Source: a bacterium
Lineage (GTDB): Bacteria > UBA8248 > JACPRG01 > G963555815
Reading direction: 5' to 3'
Length of the DNA stretch: 64,000 nucleotides
NCBI GenBank assembly: GCA_965218795.1
Contig: OZ244653.1
Span: 448,001 to 512,000, forward strand
Below the pieces are notes generated by a model that had not been told where the DNA came from, ran no database searches, and saw only the letters and a program-made list of their open reading frames with translations. The position numbers and the translations under genes are program-made. This document shows positions 39,931 to 49,526 of the stretch, one piece after another. Position 1 is the first letter of the stretch, and each line of letters begins with the position of its first letter.

Positions 39931-42900
39931 CTAGGTTGCCGTTGTCCCCATGACCTTGCCTGGTGGTACCGACACGTCCACGACGCAGATCGAGATCAGG
40001 TTCCGGTCTCGGTCGCAGAGCGACTGCTGGAGCCTCTGTTCCATCTCGCCGGGCGTCGTCGGACGCCAATTCCCGGATTTCGTTGGTCGGCACGCTTCCG
40101 TGTCCCCAAACCAGAACACCAGGTAAATTCCGATGCCCCCTGCGTCGGGATCGGGCGTGTAGTATGCCGTCAGTTGTTCGCTGATCGCCGTCCAAACATC
40201 GTCGTGGCAGCTTCGCTTGATTTCCACAGGGAGATTGAAGCCGGCGAAGCTCACGCGGATGTCCGCCCTCCGGTCATTGGCATAAACGCCTTCGGGTTGC
40301 GCATCGATTCCGCGCGGCGCAAGCCGGTCCTGTAGGTCGGACAGCATCGCATCCCGGCACCCATCCTCAGGTTTTGGGGCGGTGGGGCGGTTGTGCCGAT
40401 CCACGTTCCAGTACTGGCGCCAGTCCGACGTGGGCCCTTGACGGATCTTCTGCGACAGTGACGTCAGCTCGTCGAGGACTAGTGCCGCCAAGTCCCCGAC
40501 GTTGGCCGGGCTCCGGTTGTTGAGCGTCTCCACTACCTGCTGAATGGTGCAGTGACGGAACTCGTGCTCTCTGCGTCGCTGGACGTGACACAACCGCGTT
40601 TCTGCGATGCTCCCTAGCCACGGTTGTGCGTTGGGGCTGTCGGCAAGTGCCTGAAGTACGTCCGTTGCCGCAGCGCCTGTCTCGGTCGCGAGGCTCGAAA
40701 CTGCATGGGACACCGCCCTATGGGCATACTCGGGCATTTCACGCGACATCACAGTTCCTGCGAATTCGACCAGCGCCCTTACGTCGGAAGGTTCCAAGTC
40801 GCGAGCAATATCCTCTCGCGGGACACGGGCGGATGCCAGGAACATCCCGACGCTCGCAGAACACGCCTCGTCGTCAGGCAACGAACGGAAGTCATCCCGC
40901 CAATGCTGCGGGTCTGCCAAAAAGCCTGCGAATATCCAGCAAATCCTCTCATTCAGCCTGGGGCGGCCCCGATCGAGCCGGTCGCGCGCGAGACGGCTGA
41001 CCTCGGCGCGGTCGCCGTGGACGAGCGCGGAGTGAAGAGTCCAACACAACGCCCTCAATTCCGAGTCCGACTTGACCGCCGGGAATCGCTGGAGCAGCGG
41101 GACCGCTGCCGCTCTGGCCACCTTCTCGTGGTCATCCGCATACCTTAGTTCATGGAGTTCTATGGGCATCTGGACGCCGGTTTCGAGCTTCGTCACCGCG
41201 ACGTCGGACAGGATGCGGGCTACAAGCCCCGGTTGGCTCTCCAGCAGCGTTTGGAACCACTGCGGTCGGTAAATGGTGCTTGAATTGGCGCTGTCGGGGG
41301 CGACCGCTCGGGCGGGCAACGTGTAGAGAATGGTCACTGCCAGACGGGTAGAGTCTTGGGTCAGATCGCCCATCAGGAGTCGGCCCGACTGCTCCAGGCT
41401 GTGGAGTCCCGCAACGAACGGCAGCACGAGCAGATTGATCTTCTGCGTGTCGAGCGACCGGACCACCTCCTCGCAATCGGGCAGATCCATGCGTCTAGTC
41501 GTCGCCTGCATTTGCGCGAGGAGTACGTCGGCTACTTCCGGTGAACCGCCGGCGAACGCGCGAAGACGGTCCCGCGGCGTTTCGCCGGCAAATCTGTCGT
41601 CGATGCCGAGGTACGCCGTGGCAGCCAAATGCAGCTGTTGTCTGTCAACCTGTCCGGGCATCGCCATCGATGGCGGAGTGTGTGTGGGCGCTGGTTGGCT
41701 GGAGCGGTGCTCGCGCTCGTCCGGCGAGTCTGATGGCCTCTGTCCTTCGGGGCGTGATGCCGGCCCAGCTCGAGGTTCCAACATCTGGGTGAAACGGTGG
41801 AGAAGCGACTTGTCGGACGACAACGCGGCGCGCGCTTCCTCTACGGTGAGCCCGTACGCTCCCTGCCCACCGTTCAGGCAGTCGACAAGCTCGCTGAGGT
41901 AGAACGACTCGGCATCAGGTTGCCCGCTGGCCGCGAGCGCCTGATCCACACACCAGGGACCGTAGTCGAACGGACGTGCCCCGAACAGGTGACGGTCAAC
42001 CAGCCCGGTGCACTCTTCGCCACGGGCCATACACTCGTTGACGCCGTGGGCAATCAACGCCTTTAGTGTCTCCCGATTCCGCCGCAAGCCGAACTGCAGG
42101 CTGGCCATGTCCCGGTCTATCGTTTCGAATCCGCTGTCCGAGAACAGGCGGAGCCAGTTGTACAGGCGGTGAGCGTCCATGTCCCCACGGGAATCTCTTA
42201 GGAACCGGTCCAAAGTCTCGACAGGCAGCCGCGCCATTCGCGTAAACGTGCCAACCTCGCCGTGCATGAAGGACTTGAAACGATCTCTGTTCGCGGCGAC
42301 GGCGTCCAAGAGCTCAGCGAGCTGCTCGGGTGTCGACTGCCTGATGACATGTTCTGTCCAGAACCTCGAGTACTCGCCGGTGTGCTCCGTGAGGCGCGGT
42401 GCACGCAGGTACGGCAACACGTCCTGCATGGTCAGTATCCGAGGAAAGAGGTGCTTCAACAGGATTCCCAGGAGCTCGTCCCCTGGGTCTTCGACCGAGC
42501 CGCCGTCGATGTCGCGCATCAATGTGTTCAACGCGGCAGAGCTGAAGGAGCCTCGCTCCGCATAGCCGGTCAAGACATCGAGGGCTCCGGATCTGACGCT
42601 CGGATACCAAGTGCTGTCGCGCACGATCGCCTCCAACACGTCTGCCAAGGCTGGAAGCGGGTCGCCGTCCGCCAGCATTTGCACGAGCAGGAGGATGTAG
42701 CACTGGTGTACATGATCGCGTTGGTCGCCCGAGAAAATCTCTCTCAGGGTTTCCTCAAGTTCCGGCGATACGATCGCGCCGATGCCTGCCACTCTTCCGA
42801 CTGAGCGCGAAGCGTATGAGTTGTGGTCCCACTCCCGGCGGAGGTTCAGAACGATCTCGCGCTTTTCCTCCGGGGAGTAGGTGTCCCGATCGGCGGCGTG

Positions 42901-44025
42901 TATCAGGCCGCTTGGATCCAAGCGGCTGAGGCATCTTCTGGATCCTTTGTTGTGGACAGCCAGCCAAGACGCGAAGTTCTTCAGTCCCGGCAAGAGCTCG
43001 CCGTCGAACCCTGTAATCAACGAGAGGACTCGGGTTAGCGGTAGTCCATCGTCCAAGCGACTGGAGATATGGCGCGCTGCAAGGTACTCCGCGATCTGCC
43101 GATGGACCGGCGCCAGTTGTCCTTCGGAAACGCCAGAGAAGAGCCGCGTGCCGAGAACCCGTCTGCTCCAGGCATCGGTGTCGGCGGCGACTTCTGTGAC
43201 GGATGGGTATTCTTTGTCAGGCTCCGCAAGGTCCGGCAGCGTGTAGCCGGCGTTGCCAGCCAGAATCTGGACCGCGCAGAGTCGCCCCGCCGCCTCGAGT
43301 AGAGCGTTGGCGTCCGCCGTTGAAGGGTCCGCTGCAAGGTGCTCGTTGTTCGGCTCGCGCACGAGGATCCTGCAAGCCTGCTCAAAAGTGTCCCGTCGGG
43401 ACTCGGGCCACTTGCCTTGAGCGACCGCCCTGGCCAGCAGGTCCAAGTTCTGCGGGTTCGTCAGCAGGTTGTCGATTCCGCGCTGGCGCGCCGCATCGAC
43501 GAAGCGTTCCGGGTCCGTGACGCCGTGGTTCTTCACGAGAATCTGCGTGATGTCGCTTCTCGATAAGGGATCCAGTCGGATCACGGCTACGGCGTGATCG
43601 GGGGAGACCTCCCTCAGTCCTTCCTTGTCGTTGGCGGCCAGCCAGTCGCGCCATCGGCAGGAGAGTCGAAACGGCGGGCGTCCGAGGCTGTCCAGCTTCC
43701 TGATGACGTCGTCAAGCGGAGTCCGCGCGTCCCCCGGTCCCGCCCGAGACTCGTCGAGACCGTCAAGGAACAACGTCCTGCCCCGCCACTCAGGCTTGTC
43801 GAGCCTGAGGAAGTTGCGAACCGTTTCGTAGATGCCGCCCTGCCTCGCCGCCTCGGTTTCGAACGCTACCGTCTTGCCCGCCCCTGGCTCGGCGATGAGC
43901 ACATAGGCTGCCGTGTCGGAGTAGACGCCGAGAGGCGTGTGGCGGCCGTCGCTGACAGGTCCTGCCGCTTCATTGACCACCGTGCATGTTCGCGGGGCGT
44001 AGTACTTTGTTGCGGCAAGAGTCAT
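39931..44025 (-). CDS. STAND/NACHT-like NTPase with C-terminal PD-(D/E)xK nuclease domain (1364 aa)
   Basis: AEPGAGKT, LFLDGLDE, LSCR, NPQNLDLL, HRQIAEYLAA; C-terminal EDGCRD..RADIRV..PVEIK..QL..YY. Confidence 0.85.
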   Translation of the reverse strand: MTLAATKYYAPRTCTVVNEAAGPVSDGRHTPLGVYSDTAAYVLIAEPGAGKTVAFETEAARQGGIYETVRNFLRLDKPEWRGRTLFLDGLDESRAGPGDARTPLDDVIRKLDSLGRPPFRLSCRWRDWLAANDKEGLREVSPDHAVAVIRLDPLSRSDITQILVKNHGVTDPERFVDAARQRGIDNLLTNPQNLDLLARAVAQGKWPESRRDTFEQACRILVREPNNEHLAADPSTADANALLEAAGRLCAVQILAGNAGYTLPDLAEPDKEYPSVTEVAADTDAWSRRVLGTRLFSGVSEGQLAPVHRQIAEYLAARHISSRLDDGLPLTRVLSLITGFDGELLPGLKNFASWLAVHNKGSRRCLSRLDPSGLIHAADRDTYSPEEKREIVLNLRREWDHNSYASRSVGRVAGIGAIVSPELEETLREIFSGDQRDHVHQCYILLLVQMLADGDPLPALADVLEAIVRDSTWYPSVRSGALDVLTGYAERGSFSSAALNTLMRDIDGGSVEDPGDELLGILLKHLFPRILTMQDVLPYLRAPRLTEHTGEYSRFWTEHVIRQSTPEQLAELLDAVAANRDRFKSFMHGEVGTFTRMARLPVETLDRFLRDSRGDMDAHRLYNWLRLFSDSGFETIDRDMASLQFGLRRNRETLKALIAHGVNECMARGEECTGLVDRHLFGARPFDYGPWCVDQALAASGQPDAESFYLSELVDCLNGGQGAYGLTVEEARAALSSDKSLLHRFTQMLEPRAGPASRPEGQRPSDSPDEREHRSSQPAPTHTPPSMAMPGQVDRQQLHLAATAYLGIDDRFAGETPRDRLRAFAGGSPEVADVLLAQMQATTRRMDLPDCEEVVRSLDTQKINLLVLPFVAGLHSLEQSGRLLMGDLTQDSTRLAVTILYTLPARAVAPDSANSSTIYRPQWFQTLLESQPGLVARILSDVAVTKLETGVQMPIELHELRYADDHEKVARAAAVPLLQRFPAVKSDSELRALCWTLHSALVHGDRAEVSRLARDRLDRGRPRLNERICWIFAGFLADPQHWRDDFRSLPDDEACSASVGMFLASARVPREDIARDLEPSDVRALVEFAGTVMSREMPEYAHRAVSHAVSSLATETGAAATDVLQALADSPNAQPWLGSIAETRLCHVQRRREHEFRHCTIQQVVETLNNRSPANVGDLAALVLDELTSLSQKIRQGPTSDWRQYWNVDRHNRPTAPKPEDGCRDAMLSDLQDRLAPRGIDAQPEGVYANDRRADIRVSFAGFNLPVEIKRSCHDDVWTAISEQLTAYYTPDPDAGGIGIYLVFWFGDTEACRPTKSGNWRPTTPGEMEQRLQQSLCDRDRNLISICVVDVSVPPGKVMGTTAT

Positions 44026-44921
44026 TTCCGGATCAGCACATTGAGATCGCGCACCGGGACATACGCCATGCCGGTTTCTGCTGCGCGCCTGACTTTCTGG
44101 GCGATGACATCGGCAAGGTGAAGCCGGCCGGAAAGGACCTCGTGCAGATCGAGCCCGTCCATGCATATGACGCGCTTGCCGCGTCCGAAAGCGTGCAGTC
44201 CGTCTGCGGTGAAGCCGCTTTGGCTGATGATTAGACCGCGCGACCAGCTCGCCTTTTCCTCGACTTTGCCATTGAAGGCGTGAAGGGTTGCCACATCGAC
44301 CTGAGCGTTCCTCCATCTGGCTTCGAGCAGATAGGTCTGATCGCCGAGCACGAAACTTCCGTCGATCTGCTCGCCCCTGAGACGAAAGGAGGCGCGCGCG
44401 GACATTCCGTAGGCGTCGAATACGTCCTTCAGGAAGCTCTCGAAGGCATAGCCGCGGGCCTGCGGGTCCATGGTGGAGACTTCGAGCAGACGGGCGGCGA
44501 GGGCGGAGGCTACGGCCGGATCGACGAGCTGGTCTTGCTGCGCTGCGGCGGGCGTCTCCGGCTCTGGCGGCGTGCCCCCGAGGCGTTGGATGATCCGGAA
44601 GTAGGCGGTTCGCACCGTGTCTTCGAGTTCTGGATAGTCCGCGGTGACGCTGCTCGCCTCGCGGTATTCCCAAAGCGTCTCGAGGGTTTGGAGCGCTGTG
44701 TGGCGGTCTGCCCGTCGCAAGTAGCAGCGCAGGCGGTTCGCCTTGCTGTTGCCTTGAGCCGCCCACCGGTCATCGTAGATGTCGACGCCGAACTCTTCGT
44801 GAAAGAAGTTCGCGAAAGTCCGGTTGGAGAAGTTGAGCACAACGCCGCTCTCCATGCCGAACACCCTGTCGATGATCGGAATGTCCATGGAGCGGATCCT
44901 GGCATCCGATGTGGCGGCCAC
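44022..44921 (-). CDS. Mrr-like restriction endonuclease with Abi-type N-terminal domain
   Basis: GVVLNFSNRTF..SKANRLR; RGYAFE, EQIDGSF, LLEARW, ISQSGFT. Confidence 0.8.
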   Translation of the reverse strand: MAATSDARIRSMDIPIIDRVFGMESGVVLNFSNRTFANFFHEEFGVDIYDDRWAAQGNSKANRLRCYLRRADRHTALQTLETLWEYREASSVTADYPELEDTVRTAYFRIIQRLGGTPPEPETPAAAQQDQLVDPAVASALAARLLEVSTMDPQARGYAFESFLKDVFDAYGMSARASFRLRGEQIDGSFVLGDQTYLLEARWRNAQVDVATLHAFNGKVEEKASWSRGLIISQSGFTADGLHAFGRGKRVICMDGLDLHEVLSGRLHLADVIAQKVRRAAETGMAYVPVRDLNVLIRK

Positions 44922-44924
44922 GGA

Positions 44925-45782
44925 TCACCTCAATCCCAGCGCCGAGAGCCAGGCGTCGACCTGCCCGAACGCGTCCTGCTGCCATTGATCGGCGGTGCGC
45001 TCTTCGAGCATGTCGGGCCTGTCGACGAACTGTCGCACGCTGGTCGGACCGAAATCGTCCGGGTGGCGGAATTTGTCCGCAATGTGGAGATAGCCGGTCC
45101 TTGCCGACTCGAACTTGAGGAGCGGCTCGGTTTCGGCGACGAGCGCCTCGATCCCGCCCGGGAAGTTGCGGATGCTGTAGTAGATGTCGTAGGCGTCCTT
45201 TTGCTTGAGCCGATCCGCGATCGTGTAGCCCTTCATGGCCAGCAGCGCGGGGATAGAGGCAACGGCGATCCGTACGCGGTTGCTCCCGCCGCCGGGCATG
45301 TCGCCGTCGACCGCCACGAACTTGTGGGGCTTCAGGGCCAGGTCCGCGCCGTCGGCGCGCTGAACCGCAAAGTCGGCGACCAGCGGAGGCACGTTCTTCG
45401 CGATCGTCGCGTCCCGAGGCATCAGAAAATCGACGACCACATCGATGTCGGGACCGTCGTCGCGGGCGGGGACGGTACGCACGAGTTGAAAGCGGCGCCG
45501 GTCCTCCCCCTGGCGGTAACCCTGCCTCAGGAGAGCGTCGACGAGCCGCGCGTAATCGCCGTCACCCAGGGCCTCCGCATCCAGGGTGAGATCCACGTCC
45601 AGGGTTCCGATATGCGGCATGTCGGACCCGGTCAGCAGCAGCCAGGGAACGGCGCCGCCGATCACGGCGAATCTGTCCCGGTAGCTGCCCAGGATCTGGC
45701 CGATCTCGACCAACACTGACTTGACCGCGCCCGTAGCGCGGTCGTCGTAGTCGGAGGCGCGCCGCGGGTCTATTTCAGCCAT
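44925..45782 (-). CDS. AbiEii-like nucleotidyltransferase (type IV TA toxin)
   Basis: VIGGAVP..HIGTLDVDL, VDFL, LLAMK, KDAYDIY. Confidence 0.8.
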   Translation of the reverse strand: MAEIDPRRASDYDDRATGAVKSVLVEIGQILGSYRDRFAVIGGAVPWLLLTGSDMPHIGTLDVDLTLDAEALGDGDYARLVDALLRQGYRQGEDRRRFQLVRTVPARDDGPDIDVVVDFLMPRDATIAKNVPPLVADFAVQRADGADLALKPHKFVAVDGDMPGGGSNRVRIAVASIPALLAMKGYTIADRLKQKDAYDIYYSIRNFPGGIEALVAETEPLLKFESARTGYLHIADKFRHPDDFGPTSVRQFVDRPDMLEERTADQWQQDAFGQVDAWLSALGLR

Positions 45783-46876
45783 GGGAAGAACTCGCCCGCC
45801 AAGTGTTCCGCCGCCTCCCGGTCGCGGTCGCTGCCGGTCCAGAGATCGAGATAGGTCACGATGGGACTGGTGCAGAACACGTTCGGCGCGGGTTCGCTCG
45901 CGTCGTGAAACAGGCTCTCGTCCGTCGGGACGAGCAGCACCACGTTCGCGCCCCTTGCGGCGTGCGTGAGCTTCAACGCGTCCTTCAGCGCATCGGCGCC
46001 CGGCTCGTCGGCGTATAGCGTATGGGTGGCGCTCCGGCCGAAGGGCGCAAGCCACTGGGCGGCCGAGTGCAGCGCGTAGAGGACGCGCGGGCACTCGGGG
46101 TGCGGGTTGAGCGTGCCCCGCAGCCGCTCGTCGAGCTGGGTTCCATGGAGATGGGTATATCCGGTGATGGATTCGCCGGTCGGGCGGCGATAGCTCTCGC
46201 GCCAGGTTTGCAGCAGGACGTCCGGTTGGACGAGGACGACGCCGTCATCCCCGAGCTCGATCCATTCGCGTGCCAGCAGAGCCTTGCGGACATTGCTCAC
46301 ATGGCCATAGCTGGCGCGGGCCTGCGCCGCCAGATCGGCGACGCGCCATGCACGTCCCGGTTCGCGCAGCAGTACGCGCAGGATCGCCGCTGCCTTCGGA
46401 GAGAAGATCGAGCGCAGCGAACGGGTCTCCGAGACGGGCCTCTCTGCGACGGCACGCTCGATGTAGACGGTATCGAATGCGAGCCTCGCGTTTCCGACCA
46501 GATCGAGATAGGCGATATCATGGTCCAAGCAGATGGCGCGCGAGTCCGGAGACAGGTAAGGACTGACGATCATTGGAATGAAGCGCCTGCCGCCATTTGC
46601 CTCGCCGGATCGGCGCAATCGAGCCACGCAGCTCTCGAGCTGATAGACCCCGGAGCGGACGAATCGGGGGGCGCCGTTCGACCTCACCTCTACGACGAGT
46701 GCATAGTTGCCGCCGCGGTGGGCAAATGCGACTAGTCCGTCCATACCATAGTCGTGGCCGATTTTTCGTTCATACTCGACGGTCTCGACCTGCACGCTCG
46801 GCACGTTGCGGAGCAGGTCGCGAACCGCATCGATCGCGCGGACCTCCACTTCTTTCACTAATTCTACACTTTTCAT
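45770..46876 (-). CDS. AbiEi-like antitoxin/transcriptional regulator
   Basis: YLDLVGNA, wHTH ILRVLL..DLA..SYGHVSNV, LLQTW, TYLDLW..DRDREAAEHL. Confidence 0.8.
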   Translation of the reverse strand: MKSVELVKEVEVRAIDAVRDLLRNVPSVQVETVEYERKIGHDYGMDGLVAFAHRGGNYALVVEVRSNGAPRFVRSGVYQLESCVARLRRSGEANGGRRFIPMIVSPYLSPDSRAICLDHDIAYLDLVGNARLAFDTVYIERAVAERPVSETRSLRSIFSPKAAAILRVLLREPGRAWRVADLAAQARASYGHVSNVRKALLAREWIELGDDGVVLVQPDVLLQTWRESYRRPTGESITGYTHLHGTQLDERLRGTLNPHPECPRVLYALHSAAQWLAPFGRSATHTLYADEPGADALKDALKLTHAARGANVVLLVPTDESLFHDASEPAPNVFCTSPIVTYLDLWTGSDRDREAAEHLAGEFFPWLK

Positions 46877-46913
46877 AACACGATGAATATAGGCATCAGA
46901 GTGAAAAATACAA
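46877..46913 (-). promoter_or_regulatory. Near-leaderless promoter of the defence operon
   Basis: TTGTAT-16-TATATT-9-ATG; inverted repeat TTCAT-N6-ATGAA overlaps the start. Confidence 0.55.
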
Positions 46914-47120
46914 GAGTGGTCGCTGCTGCGTGTCTCGACGCGCCGGCTGGCAGTCACGTTCGATGGTGTAGACGGGAGCCGCTGCCGCTCGATCTGGCGC
47001 CGACGCGGGCCAGTCTCAGGAGCCACAGCTTGCGATACGCCTATTGAGTCTTCCGAAAGCGGAAGACCGGGGGCGCCCGCCGAAAGAAGCTTGCTGGCGC
47101 CAGATCGCAAATCCCGGCGG

Positions 47121-48560
47121 TCAGGCGATGCGGTTGCCGAACAGGAGCCTGCGCTCGTCCTCGCGCCGAAGCCGGGCCTCGTAGGCGTCGTGGGTCTCGA
47201 AAGCGCCGAAGTCCGGGATGGTCGGGGCCAGGCCGGAACAGTCCAGCAGGTGGCGGGCGACATGCTTGTCGCGGATCGTATGCCCCGCGTTCAGCGCATG
47301 GTCGATCATGGTCCTCAGGGCCAGGGTTGCGGCGAGCGGATGTCTGGCCGCCAGGGCGTCGGCGGCGGGAAGCAGGACGTGGTCGAAGATGCCTTCCAGA
47401 TTCGCCGCCTCTTCGATGACCAGAGCGGCCGCCCTGTCGAGGGCCGGCCAGGATATGAGGAAGGACAGGGCGCCGACCGGGCTGCGGATCTGCCGGACGC
47501 GGTCGAGGGCCCTTTCCTCGGCCTCGATGTCCTCGAAATCGGGAAGCCTCTTCAAATATGCCCGGAGATGGGGCGCGGATAGGTAACGCTCGAAACAGCT
47601 CCACCGGAGCTCCTGGGCCTCGTCGGTCCGCCCGAGCGCGTCCAGCGCATCGATCCGGGTGTCCTCGCAGGTGAGCCGGTGCCGGCCCGGGACCGCGTCG
47701 TCATCGGGTTCCGCGGCGTCGGCCGCATTGAGGGCCTCTTCGGCCCGTCCCGCGGCAAGCAGCCTGCGGGCGATCGCGGCGGCGACCGCGGGGTCTTTCA
47801 ATGAGTCTTCCTCGACCTGTTCGATGAAGGCGTCGACGTCACCCTGGGCGTCGGCGATGTCCTGCAGGGCCGAGCGGGCGATGCGGAGCCTGGTTCCGTC
47901 GGCGACCGGGTCTTCGAGCGCCGTCCCGGCGTAGCGCCGCAGTATTCTCGGACGGTGCGCTTCCGGTAACTGCGCGACCGGCGTCTTCGAGTATTGGACC
48001 ATTAGCTGCTTCAGATGCTCCAGCCCTTCCTGGCCCAGGGCCGGCGTCAGCACCCGGATCAGATCGTCATACTGGCCGTGGGCGTCTTGGGTCAGTTGCT
48101 CGAAGGCCCGGTCCGCCAGCTTGCGCGGATCGGGGCCGGCCGCGGAGGCCAGATCGCCCAGATGCGAGACGTCGAAGGCCGGGGCGAAGGTGTCGTCGCC
48201 GTCCCAGCAACGGTCCAGGATCGGGTTCGCCAAACGTATGTACTGCCACATCAGGTCGAACGCCTCGGCTGGGTCTTCGCCGGCGATCCGCTCGACGATG
48301 GCCGCACGGTGAAGTTCGAGCTCGTCGAGGAGATCCCGGCGCTTCTGCGCATCGAAAGCCGCGCGCGACCTGCCGATCGCCGCCAGCCTCTGCCCGACCT
48401 CCCGGGCGAGCTCGGCCGGGCCTTCCCTGCCAGCAAGCTCGAGCCGAAGCAATCGCCGGGTCACGGTCCTTCCCTTGCTGACCTGGATCAGCAATTCGGC
48501 GAGACGGTCGGTTCCGAGAGCCTCCAGGTTCCTGGCGTTCAGAGGACGTTTGGTTGCCAT
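47121..48560 (-). CDS. DUF6880-like helical protein
   Basis: LNARNLEALGTDRLAELL, IADAQGDVDAFI, HLRAYLKRLPDFED, HPLAATL, ETHDAY. Confidence 0.75.
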   Translation of the reverse strand: MATKRPLNARNLEALGTDRLAELLIQVSKGRTVTRRLLRLELAGREGPAELAREVGQRLAAIGRSRAAFDAQKRRDLLDELELHRAAIVERIAGEDPAEAFDLMWQYIRLANPILDRCWDGDDTFAPAFDVSHLGDLASAAGPDPRKLADRAFEQLTQDAHGQYDDLIRVLTPALGQEGLEHLKQLMVQYSKTPVAQLPEAHRPRILRRYAGTALEDPVADGTRLRIARSALQDIADAQGDVDAFIEQVEEDSLKDPAVAAAIARRLLAAGRAEEALNAADAAEPDDDAVPGRHRLTCEDTRIDALDALGRTDEAQELRWSCFERYLSAPHLRAYLKRLPDFEDIEAEERALDRVRQIRSPVGALSFLISWPALDRAAALVIEEAANLEGIFDHVLLPAADALAARHPLAATLALRTMIDHALNAGHTIRDKHVARHLLDCSGLAPTIPDFGAFETHDAYEARLRREDERRLLFGNRIA

Positions 48561-49265
48561 CGGTTCTCTGGCGATGCGATGCGTCCGGGTGGCCCGACCT
48601 TGATGCGCCGCTCCGATTGGCGCAATAGGCTTGGCTGCAATGGGCGGGGTCGCGGTCGGTCGGATCGGGACGAGGCGAATTGGGCAACGCGGTGGCATTT
48701 GACTTTCGCCTCGTGGCCACAACCAACGGACATGGCGAGGGGTTGGTCGTCGAATCGCGGCGGTTTCGGATCGATGACGGATGCCTTACGCTCCGTATCC
48801 GACCATCGGGAGACTCGTGCTACATCAATACCTTGAGAGCCGGTGGGACAAGGGGAGTGGAGGAATTCGTATGACAGGCGGGAAGGTCGCGGAAGCGGTT
48901 TGCGTCGATTCTCTACGCTCGGAGGCGAGAAGCGCCAGGATGTTGAATTCACGCGGTTCCGATGCGATGACGGCCTGTCCGTGCCTTGCCGACCCGATGG
49001 TCGAAAAGTCCAGGGTCACTACCGGATTGCAGACTTGGCTACTGCCGACTTGGATGCCCGCTCGCAGTATGAGGCAAGAAGGTGATGTAAGCGGATTGAA
49101 TGGATTCTGGACCAACGACGCCGCCGAGGGACGGGATTCTGAAAGCACGCGGACGAAATCCGACAACGGACGCAAGCGGTAGCTTCTAGCAATTGACGAG
49201 CAAATCGAGGGTAGGATATTGAAGATGAGAGTGAACTACCTAATCACGGAACCTCATTAGGTCCC

Positions 49266-49526
49266 ATGCGAAAACCAAAAGTGCACCAGCGCACTGTTTT
49301 GCCCATAATGGGAACTATCGGGCTGCTCGTGTACGTAACAGCGCCTTGTTGGTTACCAAACTCTATTGTTGAACGCTTAGATTTTGTCGCGCTTGGCTTT
49401 GCAGCTCTAATTGCATTTCCGTGGCTCGTTGTTTGCTTTGAAGAGTTGGTATCAGCCTGGAGTCACCGCCATAACAGACTATCGGTGAAGGATATGGAGA
49501 AAGCCCGAAGGGATCAGACCTTATGA
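49266..49526 (+). CDS. Small two-TM hypothetical protein
   Basis: Two hydrophobic segments; ATGA overlap with the next ORF. Confidence 0.45.
   Translation: MRKPKVHQRTVLPIMGTIGLLVYVTAPCWLPNSIVERLDFVALGFAALIAFPWLVVCFEELVSAWSHRHNRLSVKDMEKARRDQTL

Noticed and set aside
44026-44766. N-terminal 247 aa of the 1611-aa track ORF
   Set aside because: Off-frame overlap with the Mrr gene; the plausible start is ATG 44025 with ATGA coupling.
48561-49265. Short ORFs or a pseudogene between DUF6880 and the two-TM gene
   Set aside because: No recognisable motif and no consistent frame.
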